Origin: the human T2T-CHM13v2.0 reference genome, Homo sapiens
Assembly (NCBI RefSeq): GCF_009914755.1
Contig: NC_060932.1
Length of the DNA stretch: 64,000 nt
Direction: 5' to 3' (one strand)
The position numbers were made by a program, and so were the translations under genes. Shown one piece after another: positions 42,521 to 55,752 of the stretch (positions within the stretch are counted from its first letter, which is position 1; each line of letters begins with the position of its first letter). Below the pieces are notes generated by a model that worked only from the letters and a program-made list of their open reading frames with translations, was not told where the DNA came from and made no database searches.

Positions 42521-42722
42521 GGCAACCTCTTTCTGTGCTTTGGCTCTTAATGTTTATGTAAAATATTAATAAGTGTTCTTTGATAAATCATTGAAATAAC
42601 AAACCCAGGAGCAAATTCTTTTAATTAGTGACATAAAATCATGTTATTCTTGGATGGAACATAAAATCATGTTATTCTTTTCCCCATGTATATTTTAAAG
42701 GCTGTTTATTTGACAATCTCAC

Positions 42723-42764
42723 CTTTTGCTTTTTGTTCTGGATCATCTGTTTTTCTATTTGTTT
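42723..42764 (-). CDS. ASPH: ASPH coding exon (42 nt, phase 1-1), (E)TNRKTDDPEQKAK, first exon specific to the full-length hydroxylase
   Basis: tctttaattttcag acceptor, AAG|gtgaga donor, known ASPH peptide. Confidence 0.95.
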
Positions 42765-45063
42765 CTGAAAATTAAAGACAAAACATAGTAAGTACTATGC
42801 AAGTCACCATTCAGTATCTCAAAATATAGGACAATATTTAAATGAATTCAATAAGTATAATCAAAGAAAAATATATCTGAGCATACAATTCAATTTTCCT
42901 AAATCCTGAATTCATTACACATGAAGTTCATTAGAAAAGATCAAGATTTGGGCATATTTCAATTACTTATACTAAAAGTCACCAAGCACTGACTAGGCAC
43001 CAGGCTAAGTACTCCTTGTCTATAAGATAAGAGAGTTGGAGTGGGTGATGTACATCAACTCCAAGTGTCTCTAAGGTACAAAGACATGTGGATGGGGAGA
43101 AGCCATCATTAAAGCTTGTTCAATATTGTTATTGTCTCTTAAAACCAGAAAACTACTTGAACAATTGACATCATGTGCTTTAAAGGAATGCAGCATGTCA
43201 CACTGCTTGGAATATTAGTCTGCTACTCTAAGGACTTCACATATACACAGATGATCCATTGGGGGAGCTTGTGCTGAAGCCCAGATGAGAAGCCAGAGAT
43301 GAACCCAAGACCCCACCTGTGTCAGATGCACTAAGTAAATCACAGTCAGTGTCTCTCCCACAAATAGAATTACCTAGGACAGTGACACCCACCAACAGCC
43401 TAGACTAGCCAGAGAACATCCACCCCTCACATGGAAAACAACAGCATATGAGCTGACCATGTGTTTTTAACCTCATTTCTGCACCTGTAACTCCACATCA
43501 GGACTACTGTGTAAGGTAAATTAGGATCTAGTTAATTTTCACGGCAATCACTTGATTACAGCCCTAGTAGGAACTTATCTGTTCTTTGTGTATTTCTAGG
43601 AATACGGTCGTATGCACATAGGTTGGAGAGGGAACAAGGCAGAGTCTGGGAGATTGATAAAAAACCAGACTCTGTCCTCTCCCACAGAAGCTGCAAGAGG
43701 ATGTCGGTGAGATCAGGGATGCGGTCAAGTGAACATTGACACAGATCACTCAATTTGTTGGTCTGGAGTTTCCCACATTCATTCATATAAAACATTTCAA
43801 TTTGGGGAGATGAAAAGTAAATCTGAGGCTGGTTTTAATGCAGGGAAGGGATTTTTATAAGTCAAGTGTTCTTGCTCCTTTTAGACTCTACATAAGAGGA
43901 AGAAAGGAAAACTAACTTTGAAATCTAGCGTGCCAGGCTAAGTGCTAAGCACATCATTTATGAATTCTCTTGTCTTCTCACACCCTGTGGAGAAGGTCTT
44001 ACCTCCCTCTTTGTGCATAGGAGAAAATAGATGGCTGAGAAATTAGAGTCCCCAAAGCTATCAAGGCCAGCAGTTTACATAATTCCAAAGCATACTTTTT
44101 TTCCACTGAACCACTGTGTACCTTTCTTCAAAGAGAAGTGCCAGTCTTGACTTTTGCAAAGAGTTGATTTTATAGGGTTTACAGCACATACCTCCTGCGC
44201 AGTGCTGCAAGAATAATGCAGGACTTTTTTTTTTTTTTAAGGACATGTAGGTCTTGGTAGAATGTTCTAGAATTTCCGATCTCTTTAACTATAGCCTCCT
44301 TATTATAAAGTTAGGTAGCTGAACTAGACTATTCAATACCATTCATTCAGCAAATATTAACTGAGCACCTACTAATGTCTGGCACATTTGTAGTCATCGG
44401 AGATACAGCAATGAAGAAAAGCATAAAAAATTCCAGTCCTGAAGGAGCTCTTCCTAGTGGGATCAGCAGTACCTGCAGGAACACTGCAACCCTCCACATC
44501 CCCCAGTCATTGCATAAGGCTAATGTGATTAGAAAAATCAAGCGTAAAATGCAAGTTTCTAACTGGACTAGATAGAACAGGTGGGTGCTGGTCATGAAGG
44601 GGAGTTTAGGGCTCTCCACAGATCTTCCCACTCTTGGGAGGGAAATAAGGAAGGAGGAGTGGTTTGAACTGGTCACATTCCATATAGAAGTGGAAGGTGC
44701 TGATCCCGATGTGGGAGGGCCCTGGCCGGGTCTCCTCATGTCCTTTAGACTCACGTCCTCCCAGGAACGTGGAGGGTGAGTGTGGTTGGACATATGCCCA
44801 GAAACAAGGGCCACCATCTTTCTTCAACTTCCCATGCTGTATCTAAAAGGGGGTTGGCAGTCTGACCTAAAGCCTGGACCAGATCATTCCAGGCCCCAGG
44901 CCAAAAGCTCTCTTATTCTCATTCTTGTCCTCTTCTGTCCTTCACCTCACATCAAGAAGCTGAGTTCTGAGACTCATTTCGGATATGGAGAAAATACACA
45001 GAGATAATAGTAATACTTTGCATTAGTTTTATATTGTTATACATAAATTACTGCAACTTGAGC

Positions 45064-45097
<34 letters not shown>

Positions 45098-45294
45098 TAC
45101 ACAGAGAATACGTTTTAGGCTCTACAAGTTTTATTGCTTAAATTTAGCTTAGGTAAAGGAGCTTTCTGTGAGATTCAGCTTACCCCACTAGCACTCTGCA
45201 AAGATAATAATGAAGTGATACTTTGCTTTATTCTCTGTACCTATGCTTCTCTGGGAGACCTCATATGAACCTCACTGTGCCAAAGAGGAAAATG

Positions 45295-45450
45295 ACTTGA
45301 GCACGTATTATATACAGGCATTGTTCTAAGCACTTAACACAGACTATCCCATTTAAACTTCTCATCATTCATAGGAGGTAGTTATAATTTTACAAATAAG
45401 GCAACTGAGGCATAGAGAGGCTAAAGAATCTTGTGTAGGATTACAAAACA
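45295..45450 (-). mobile_element. MIR SINE
   Basis: ttttacaaataaggcaactgaggcatagagagg core. Confidence 0.7.
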
Positions 45451-45794
45451 AACAAAACCAATTTCAGAGACTATATTCCATAAAATACTACTTTAATCAC
45501 ACTCTATATCCCAGTAATGGGGAATTCATTAACTAAAGGGAGCTATATGCTCAGCCCATCCCTGAAAATTACAAAAGTACAAGCTCACATGTAACTCATA
45601 TTTAGTCTTTAAATATTCGTATTCAGAAAAAAAAGATGTTACACTACTCTTTACCTGTCTTAACGTTTTTTCTCCTTTAAATATTTTGTCAGAACAATAA
45701 ACACCTTACTAAAAAGAATGGGATATTGATCTTTAAATATTGTCATGCAACCACTAAAGCAAATCGCTTTGGTGGATTCAGATATACTGTACTC

Positions 45795-46101
<307 letters not shown>

Positions 46102-46847
46102 CAGATATACTGTACTCGTGTTCCAGCCACTGCGCTAATCTGCCAGCTGAGCAGTTCTTGCTGGACTCAAGGTACATTCAAAGTGAATTTCCACCCAGGC
46201 CTGTTCATCCCTCTGAGTGCATTACCACACTGGCATCTGTTCTTTCCCTGCACCAGGACATGAGACTGCTCTCTCCCTAAGCACCCAGACTGACCAGTCC
46301 TCACGTCACAGCTTTCCAGTCTCCTTCTCTACTAGCACTTCCTTAGCTCATGCTGTATCACCATCACCTATTACTAGTTAGTTGCCTAACCATCTTCCTG
46401 CCTGCTCTTTGGCCTCCCTCCAATGGCTTCCACCTTGCACCAGCTGCCGGAGAGTTGCTCTGGATACTGGTGTGTCACCTCGGGCCAGCAGGCACCCCAC
46501 CTCTCTGACCTTGGCTTTGCTCACTTGCAGGCAGAAGTAATACTTATCTGCTGAGAAAACTCAGCTCCCTGACATGTGCACACAGTACTCCGCAGAGTGG
46601 GTGCATTCAATAAAAGTGGGTCTGCTTACCATTAGTGTTTATTTTTGTTTCTTCTGGACATGCTGGGGCTAAAAACAACCTGTTCTAGAACCCCAGGGGC
46701 TTCTTCCTTATTTAGTTCTCCTTTTCTGTCCAGAGAATGAAGACTGGAAATGGAAAAGAGAACTTTCCATATCCATTTCTGCCCTTCCATCCACTCACGA
46801 TGAAATTAATATCCTCCCATTAAAAAGTGATATATAAGGTGGGGCAG

Positions 46848-47976
46848 TAGTTCTATTTTCAGTCTTTTGAGGAACCTCCTAGTGGTTGTACTAATTTACA
46901 CTCCCACTAACAGTGCATGAGGGTTCCTCTTTCTCCACATGCTCACCAGCATTCATTACTGCTGTCTTTTGATAAAAGTCATTTTAACTCAGGTGAGATA
47001 TCTCAAGGTAGTTTTGATTTGCATTTCTGATGATCAAGGATGTTGAGCACCTTTTCGTATACCTGTTTTGCCATTTTTATGTCTTCTTTTGAGAATTCAG
47101 ATCTCTTGCCCATTTTAAAAATCAGGTTATTAGATTTTTCCCTATGAAGTTGTCTGAGCTCCTTATATATTCTCATTATTAATCCCTTGACAGATGGGTA
47201 GTTTGCAAATATTTTGATGTATTCTGTGGGTTATCACTTTACTTTGTTGTTTCCTTTGCTGTACAGAAGCTTTGTAACTTAATGTGATCCCATTTTTCCA
47301 TTTTTGCTTTGGTTGCCTGTGCTTTTGGGGTATTACTCAAGAAATCATTGCCTAGACCAAAGTCCTGGACAATTTCCCCATTGTTTTCTCTTAGCAATCC
47401 CACTGCTAGGTATATATCCAAAAGAAAAGAAATTAGTATACTGAAGAAATTTACGCACTCTCATGTTTATTGCACTATTTACAATAGCTAAGCTTTGGAA
47501 TCAACTTAAGGGTCTGTCAACAGACGAATGAAGAAAATGTGGTACATATATAATGGAGTACTACTCAGCCATAAAAAAGAATAAGATCCTGCCATTTGAA
47601 ACAACATGGATGGAACTGGAGGTCATTATGTTAGGTGAAATAAGCCAGGCACAGAAAGATAAACATCACATGTTCTCACTAATTTGTGGGTGCTAAAAAT
47701 TAAAACAATTGAACTCACAGAGGTAGAGGGTAGAAGGATGGTTACCAGAGGTTGGGAAGGGTAGTGAGGGGAGAGGGGAGCAGGAGGTGAAGATGGTTAA
47801 TGGGTACAAAAATATAGTTATATACAATGAATAAGATCTAGTATTTGATAGCAAAACAGAGTTACTATAGCCAACAATAATTTATTGTACATTTTCTATA
47901 TCTGTATCGAAATATCTCATATAGTCAAATTTATACATCTATTATATACTCACAAAAATTAAAAATTTGGGGAAAA
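46848..47976. mobile_element. L1MA (MA2-4-like) with 5' inversion: minus-oriented 46848-47391, plus-oriented 47392-47976
   Basis: The two halves are adjacent L1 consensus segments in opposite orientation. TSD AAGGTGG(G/A)GCAG at 46836-46847 and 47977-47988. Confidence 0.9.
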
Positions 47977-48269
47977 AAGGTGGAGCAGGCTGTCCAGGGA
48001 ATAATCAAAACTTCTAGGTGCAGGACAAAATCTACAAAGGATGGCTGCAGGGGCTATTTAATTTTAATCTTGCTTCCTGGCAATGTAGCATGATAGTAAA
48101 TGCAAAATAAGCATTATCTGTTAGAAATACGTTAACTGGCTGAAGGTATTCCTTTGTGATTTTAGTTATCAAAAATGCTATAATCTTCTAAAATACTAGT
48201 AAGGATAAAATGAACTGATTTTATTATGTAACAAATTAAAAATACCTTATACTTCAAAAATAATGACAA

Positions 48270-50009
48270 TATAGAGAATTCTTCTGTATTTTATTGCACT
48301 CAACATTTAATAGAAGACATTTACATTATTTTTAGAAAATCCACCGATGTTGCACAATGGCACATATTTGTAAAGACAAGGCTCATTAATTCAGATATTT
48401 GGAATTCAAAAATATTTAAAGTTAACCACAGCATAATGAATCCTCAACGTCCAGAGTTCTACAAAAATCCAGCAAAACTTACTTTTACTCATTCATCAGT
48501 TCTATGTCACTCCTTAGTTTCCCTAAAAAAATATGGCTTTATAAAAAGTAGCTTCTATAATTCACAAAATGAAGAGTTTTATTATAATTTGAGTATCATC
48601 TCTGTATCACCGACAGCACAGCTTTAGAAAATTATTGCTTTTCTTATTATCTTATTATTTCAGGTTTCATTACACATCGAGTACCCATGCAGGACTCACT
48701 ACATTGTATAATAACTATGATCTATAGTGATAAAAATATAGAAGTATCTTTGATTTTAATCCTAAAAGCAGGGGGAAAAAGTCACCTTATCTTAATGTTA
48801 ACAAAATCAAGAGCTACCCCTAATATATCGATCAAACCACTTCTTATGGCTTTGCTTATAGTTGCTCATGGTCCTTTCAAAATGATGTGGTAGCTACCTT
48901 CTTTTCTGACAAAGGATTATTTTCAACAGAGCAATTATTTCTGAGCCCAAAATAAACCACATTAAATAAGAAGAAAATCTTCAGTGTAGAAAGAAAAAGG
49001 CTCATTGCCGTGAAATAGCAGCAGGCATCGGGCTCTGTGAGCTTTTCACACATCCTCAATCAACCCAGCTCAAGGCGTTACTGAGTTCATCTAGTAAGAG
49101 CACTGAGCGGTCTCTAGTGCTGGAGGGGAATTACTCAATTAGCCAAAGGCAGAATAATCTTTAAGTTATGCACCAGTAATTTATACAGGTTTTCTAAAAT
49201 TTAAACAAATGCTGAAGAGACTATAGCTATTATATGATTAATCTGAGGTGCCAACAAAGCATTTTTGCATGATAATAGTAGGGCCATTCTTTTTCCTTGT
49301 GTCTTAACAAGGAATTTCAGCTTTCCCCTCTCATTTAAAAAAATAAATAAATGATAATTTAAAACTTTCACTGAAATATTAAATTTTTCTAATTAATCAG
49401 CTAAAAGCTACAAAAATTTCAAAAGTGTTAATCTGAACACTTAAAGCTAATGTAGAAATTTTTGATAAGAATATCAGTGCAGGTATATACAACTCAAATC
49501 TTCACAGCTAATGATGATCTCTGTTAGCGTTTTTAAGAGTGCTAACACAAAGTACTCTTAATAGCTTTTAAATCATGTTTAACACAGTGTACACAAGTCA
49601 GTCCAACAGTTAGTGTTAATTACTAATAATATATGAAAACCCTGCCAACACAATTGCTGCTACATCACCAATATAATTATTAACCACTGTCGGAAAAACA
49701 CACATAAATTCAGGTAAGACTAAAAGCTGTCTCACAAAAAGAAAAAAGAAATCCAATGGATCCACTAATGCTATCAAAAGGGACATGCAGGAATGTAACA
49801 TGACATTTTTAGAAATGTGTGTTTCTAAAAAGAAAAAAAAATACACTAAAATGCCAGTGGACTATAATTCATTCAAAACATCTTTAGTGTTCCTTCCCAA
49901 AGATCTTGATCTGCTCAGTAATTGCTTCACAAGATCTATCACAGCCATCTTTTGGAGCGTATGGTTAGGCTGGTCCTCCTGTGGTGGTAGGGGCAGTCTT
50001 TTTGAAGCT
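48270..50009 (-). other. ASPH: 3'UTR of the junctate/humbug terminal exon; likely poly(A) signal AATAAA at 48290-48295 (alternatives 48578-48583 and 48220-48225)
   Basis: Repeat-free AU-rich ~1.75 kb following the stop codon, with minus-strand AATAAA hexamers. The exact 3' end is inferred. Confidence 0.7.
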
Positions 50010-50017
50010 TTAAGTAT
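50010..50017 (-). CDS. ASPH: Coding part of the alternative terminal exon of junctate/humbug: (G)AT ACT TAA = D-T-stop
   Basis: tttccccttatttttgcag acceptor. Splicing from exon 57423-57467 gives ...QQEVPPDT*, the known junctate C-terminus. Confidence 0.92.
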
Positions 50018-50799
50018 CTGCAAAAATAAGGGGAAATCTAAATTAAAGGACCAACCAGACACAGACTGTGAAACTGCTTCATTTTCATTCTACTTTTTAA
50101 AAAACCCACCAACAAAGTAATTTTTTTTTTTTGGTGTTTGTTTTTAAGGACAACTTGGTAACAGAATAATCAACTACCGAAAGAAGCCCCTGGGGATGGC
50201 TTGCAAAGCTGCTGATGAAAATCTCAGGTTCTTTCGAGCACTTGAGAATTAAAACTGAACTGAATAATCTCAATCTTTTAAGAAACACAGCATTAAATTT
50301 CTTTCTTCAATATTTTCACTCTATTAAAAAGAAACAGAAATCTAGTATGGTATTTGAAAAATAAATACAAGAAGCAGTTTCAAGGATCAACTGGACACTA
50401 TAAGCTGCATTTAAAATATATTGCTTTAAAAATTAAAATAAATTTTAAATTAAAATAAATTTTAAAAAATTAAAATAAAAATTAAAATATATTGCTTTGA
50501 AAATTAAAATAACATAAATGGTTGACAATAAAAGTATATAAGTATTTTAAAAGAAGTAAAATTCATTCCTATCCAACTTTTTACAATTTTTTTTTTCATT
50601 CTTAACTTTAGTATCTGATTTGTTTTACTATCACAGAATTGGATTTGTGTTACAATTAAACTAGAAAAGGAGGTGGTGCACAGAAAGGCCCTGCAAAATC
50701 TTGATATAATTTTTAAAGCTGGATCCCAATATTTCCTTTCTTCCTTCCTACTTTCCTAAGAATTTCTATCTATCTATCTACACATGTGCAACCAAAACT

Positions 50800-51330
50800 T
50801 TTTATGTAAGTGGAATTGTTTGGGAACAACTAGACATTCTATATATACCTTTACATACCCAACATAAATGAATGCTTCTATTTCCCCAAAAAGACATTAC
50901 AAAAATATTCATAGCAGCTTTCTTCATAGTCAACAATTGAGGGAAAAAAACTCATTGTGCCCATTAACAGTGATTAAAAACTGTAGGAAATAGTTATGAA
51001 TAAGAGCAAATGACTACACTTAACAAGGTGGATGAAACCACAGACAAGATGTAGAACAGAAACAAGTTGCAAAAACAAATGTGTGTGTTTATGGATCTTA
51101 AATTCAAGAGCAGACAAAACTAATCTACGATGATCCAGTTCACAAGAGTGGTTACCTCTGGTTGGGGTATGACTCAGAGGTAGGAAGAGGGAGACATTTC
51201 TGGGGTGTTAAAAGCTTTACGTCGTTTTATCTTGATCTGAGTAACGGGTACGAGTATATATGCATGGAAAAATTCAACATTTGAGCATTTCCACATGTAT
51301 AAATTATACCCCAATAGAAAAAGTTTATTT
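50800..51330 (+). mobile_element. L1ME-type 3' end
   Basis: aatattcatagcagctttcttcatagtc; cagacaaaactaatctacgatg; agtggttacctctgg. Confidence 0.7.
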
Positions 51331-51907
51331 AAATGAGTTTTAGATTCTCTTGGCATTCAACAATTTTCTGGACTTTGATTTGAGAGGAAGATACATTTCA
51401 GAAGTACCCTGGGAAAATGGAAAGTTGTTCAAAGTATAACAATGAGTATTTATAAAAAGGCAAATAAACTAAAAGTTCTACTACAATTTTGAACAATTCC
51501 AATAAATGTCTGAAGACCCCATTCAGAAGTGGTTATGGTGCAAATCCCACATCTCCAAAACCAGGACCGTCATCTCTTCTGCTACTCTCCATTTCTTCCT
51601 GCCTTCTCTATCTCCATTAACATTCTGCCATTCATTCACAAGGACTCAAGCCAGAAATGTAGGAACGTGGACTCCTCTCCCTCCCCCATCAAATTATTTC
51701 CAGCTCCAGTTTCCATGAAATCAGGCACCTTTCCATTCATTCTACTGCAGCCAAGCTCCCACCATTTTCGGCTTAGCCTACGGTAGCTGCTTCTTACTAG
51801 TCTCTACCTCCTTGCTGGACTAACTTCTCAAATTGAGATTAGATCATATGACTCCTCTGCTTGGATTTTTTCAGTGACTTCTTGTCATTTTTAGGCAAAG
51901 ATCCAAA

Positions 51908-52207
51908 CTTTTATTTTTTGAGACAGGGTCTCAATCTGTCACACAGGCTAGAGTGCAGTGGTGCGATCATAGCCTACTGCAGCTTTGACCTCCTGGACTC
52001 AAGGAATTCTTCCACCTCAGCCTTCTGAGTAGCTAGGACTACAGGCACGTGACACCAAGCCCGGCTTTTTTTTTTTTTTTTTTTTTTTTTAAGAGATGGG
52101 GTCTCACTATGTTGCCCAGGCTGGTCTCAAACTCCTGAGCTCAAGCAATCCTCCCACCTTGGCACCCCAAAGTGCTGACACTACATGCGTGAACCACTGT
52201 GCCCAGC
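51908..52207 (-). mobile_element. AluJ inserted in an L2
   Basis: Reverse dimer. Flanks agatc(ca/aa)..actttta are duplicated. Confidence 0.93.
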
Positions 52208-53579
52208 AGATCAACACTTTTAAACATAGTATATAACATCCTCTGAGAAGAGACACTTGCCTACATTTCCCCTGTCCTCTTTCACCCGTCTGGCATGCTG
52301 TCATGGCCTTTGTGCTTTGTAAGCTCTAGCTTCCTCTGCTCTCCTCCTGCCAGCTCCTGGAGCTTTTATCAACACCTGAAAACAGCTAAAACTAGCACAA
52401 GGACATCTGGGAGGCTAACCTCATTCTCTGTCCCACCCCTCTGAAGCTGGGTGAGTTATCTCTCCTTCTGTGTGTTGCTGTGCACAGCTCTGAGAAATTA
52501 ATTGTACTTATTTTACTCCACCATGTACCCACAGGACTGTGAACCAAGCAAGCACAACATTGTTAATCATGTATCTTCACTGGCCAGCACAGAGCCTATA
52601 CCACAGCAGCTGCTCAATATATATTTTTTGAATAGATGATCAATAACAACAATATATATATAAAGCACTTATGGAATATTAGCTACTAAGAATGTAAAGT
52701 CAATTTCCACCCTTGCCCCCAGACCTCTGGTGTTGCTAGCCTAAATCTGGTTATAGGCCTTATTGATCAATGTTAAAAAATGCTGGGTAATGGGGAGGCC
52801 TGTGTGAAAGTTCTGGATGGATGCAATGGAGTGAAACCACTACCAATGCTGGAATACTCAGCAGTGGGATAAGCTGCAAGTGGTATCTCCATTTTCAAAG
52901 ACAGGAGCAGCAGAATTACCCAGAAACCATGATGCTCACATACCTGCATTCTGAAGAACATGGTTACACAAAACATAAACTAACTTTTAAAATTCTTTTC
53001 TGGCAGGGTATAACAGAAAAATAGTTAATAGACTCAGTCATATGACCTAAAGTATTGTTTGAGAGGAAATTTTACTCCAATGAGCTTTCACAAGTAATTC
53101 CTTCATAAGTCGTTCCATTTGTGTTGTGTATATTTATGCTGTCAGATTGCTACAAATATGCTGTATGATTTCAAGTAAAACTATGAGTTTAAGGAGAAAG
53201 GTGAAAACCTGCTAATGGATGAGAAATTCCAAAATCAATCTTAAAAATCTAATATCCAAAGTGATTGGCCTATAATATCAGAAAAATCAAATCTTAAGCT
53301 TAAGCTTCCACATGCTTGCCAAGAATCCACGTGCACAGCACTTACAAATTTATAAATATGCAAGAAAGAAGGCAGAATGCAAACTACTGGACAACTTACT
53401 TTTCTACTATACATCATAACTCAACCTTTGACATTCCTGAGGCCTATGTGATGAACTAATGCAGATTAAGAGAAAGATGCTGAAGAATATATAACACATC
53501 TGATTTTACCACACCAAAACTGCTCTCAAATCTCTCAGCTGTCACGTCTTCATTTATTTAAAATCCTTTGAAAAACGGC

Positions 53580-53800
53580 AGCTGACAGTGTGGACTCTGG
53601 AGCCAGAATGCAAGGATCAATCCGATTTCTACCACTTGTCAGCTCTGTGACCTGGGGAAGGTTACTTGGCCTTGCTGTGCCTCAGTGTTCTCATCTGTAA
53701 AATGGAGGTAATGGCATATCTACCTCTTGGGGTCTTAGAACTATTAAAGGTCAATCCACAGAACGTGCTTAGCAGAGCGCCTACATAATGCTTAATAAAC
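53580..53800 (+). mobile_element. MIR SINE
   Basis: ctgtgacctggggaaggttactt..ctgtgcctcagtgttctcatctgtaaaatggagg core. Confidence 0.85.
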
Positions 53801-54253
53801 ATGAAATTCACTGTTCCCTACTTTAGATGGAGGCAATGGTGATAATGCCACTTGGGATTAGCACATTGATAGTTACATTATTATGAACTTTAATAAGCTA
53901 TATTAAGACTGTATAACTTAGTATTAGGATAATCAGAGAAGGCAAATCAATCGTCAATTAGGTTCCAAGGGAAAAGAAAAAGTGAACTAATATTCAGCAC
54001 TTTGCAGAAGTCCTCAATTTGAGTCTTCCACTGAATAAAAGAATTTTAAAGATTGAAAAATGGCAAGGAGGTAGGCCCTATAATTAGTGTTCCTACAATC
54101 AGATGCAAAATTAGACTGTGCAAAAATACCACAAATACAGATTTATGAAGATTGCACAAGTGAATAATAAAAAAATTGTAACATGTGGTAGGACTAAGAG
54201 TAAGACTTAAGACTTATAGAAAATAAGAAAACCAAGTGCAATGGTTAAAAATA

Positions 54254-55386
54254 CGGCCATGTGTCATGTAGCAATGTTTTGGATAGATCAAATATATGAT
54301 GGTGGTCCCATTTGATAATGAAAATTCCTATTGTCTAGATGCATCTTAGCTTTCATAACGTCCCAGCACAACACATTACTCATGTGTGTGGTGATGCTGG
54401 TGTAAACAAATCTACTGCACTGCCAGCTGTATTAAAGCAAACCACATACAATTATGCACAATACATAATATATGACAATGATAATAAAGGACTGTTAATG
54501 GTTTTACTCTCCTATACTTTTACGGTTCTTTTAGACTATATTCTTACTTGTTAAAAAAAAGTTTACTGTAAAACAGCCTCAGGCAGGTCCTTCAGGAGGT
54601 ATCCAGAAGTCATTGTTATCATAGGAGATGACAACTCTATGCCTGTTATTACACATGAAGACCTTTCAATGGGACAAGATGTGGCGGTAGAAGACAGTGA
54701 TATTGATGATCCTGCAGGCCTAAGCTAATATGTCTGTCTGTGTCTTAGTTTTTTACAAAAAAGTTTAAAAAGTTAAAAAAATTGAAAATAAAAATGCTTA
54801 TAAAATAAGGATATAAGAACATTTTTGTATGGCTATATGATATGTTTGTGTTTTAAACTAATTTTTATTACAAAATCATCAAAAAGTTTTTAAAAATTAG
54901 GTTTACAAATTTAAAAAAAATACAGTAAACCAAGGTTAATTATTAAAGAAAAATTTTAATAAATTTACTGTAGCCCAAGTGTACAGTGTTTATAAAATCT
55001 ACAGTAGGGTACAGTAATGTCCTAGGCTTTCACATTCACTCACCACTCACTTGCTGATTCACTCAGAGCAAATTCCAGTGCTGTAAGCTCTACTCATGAA
55101 GTGCCCTATACAGGTATATCTTTTTATTTATTTTTCTATACCATATTTTTACCATACTTTGTCTACGTTTAGGTATGTTTTCATACACAAATATATACCA
55201 TTGCATTATAACTGCCTATGGTATTCAGTACAGTAACATGCTGTACAGGTTTGTAGTCTATAAGCAATATGCTGTACCATATAGCCTAGATGTGTAGTAG
55301 GCTACTCTATGATGTTCATACGTGGACAAAGTCACCTAACGACACACTCTCAGTCTGTAGCCTTGTCATTAAGTGACACATGACTG
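54254..55386 (-). mobile_element. Tigger3 (Tigger3b-like) DNA transposon
   Basis: Termini cggccatgtgtcatgta / taagtgacacatgactg with TA on both sides. Typical internal motifs (aaacagcctcaggcaggtccttcaggaggtat). Confidence 0.88.
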
Positions 55387-55525
55387 TATTGCTGACTCTC
55401 AGCCTTACATCCTCTTCTGGCAGGGTCAAACTACAACAATGCAGTGGATCATTCAAATTTTTATGGTACCAAGTTACAGGTTACAACTTCTCCATGAGGT
55501 CTTTCAGAATGTAGCTTCTCTTGAT

Positions 55526-55752
55526 CTTGTTTGGAGGTTCCAGCAGGGGTGCTACTCATATACCCTTGACTGAAGACTGGTCCTCCTGTATCGGGGACGG
55601 TCATGCTCTTCAACTGAGCATGCAGCTTTGGGAGGGATGCACATGGAGTGGAGAGGGATGAAGGGGACACCTGCCTGGCCAGCCAGATCAGTTGAATCAA
55701 CCCTGATGATCAATGGGGTGACAGATGTCACAGCCAGATGGCCCTCACATCC
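55526..55752 (-). pseudogene. 7SK RNA pseudogene: intact 5' end, 3'-truncated at about nt 235-240
   Basis: Reverse complement reads GGATGTGAGGGCCATCTGGCTGTGACATCTGTCACCCCATTGATCATCAGGGTTGATTC...GAACCTCCAAACAAG, matching RN7SK with CpG decay. Confidence 0.95.

Noticed and set aside
49862-50062. 66-aa ORF over the junctate terminal exon
   Set aside because: Wrong frame: the upstream exon is phase 1, giving D-T-stop.
50410-50512. AT-rich repeated AAATTAAAATA units upstream of the junctate acceptor
   Set aside because: Low-complexity slippage, with no evidence of function.
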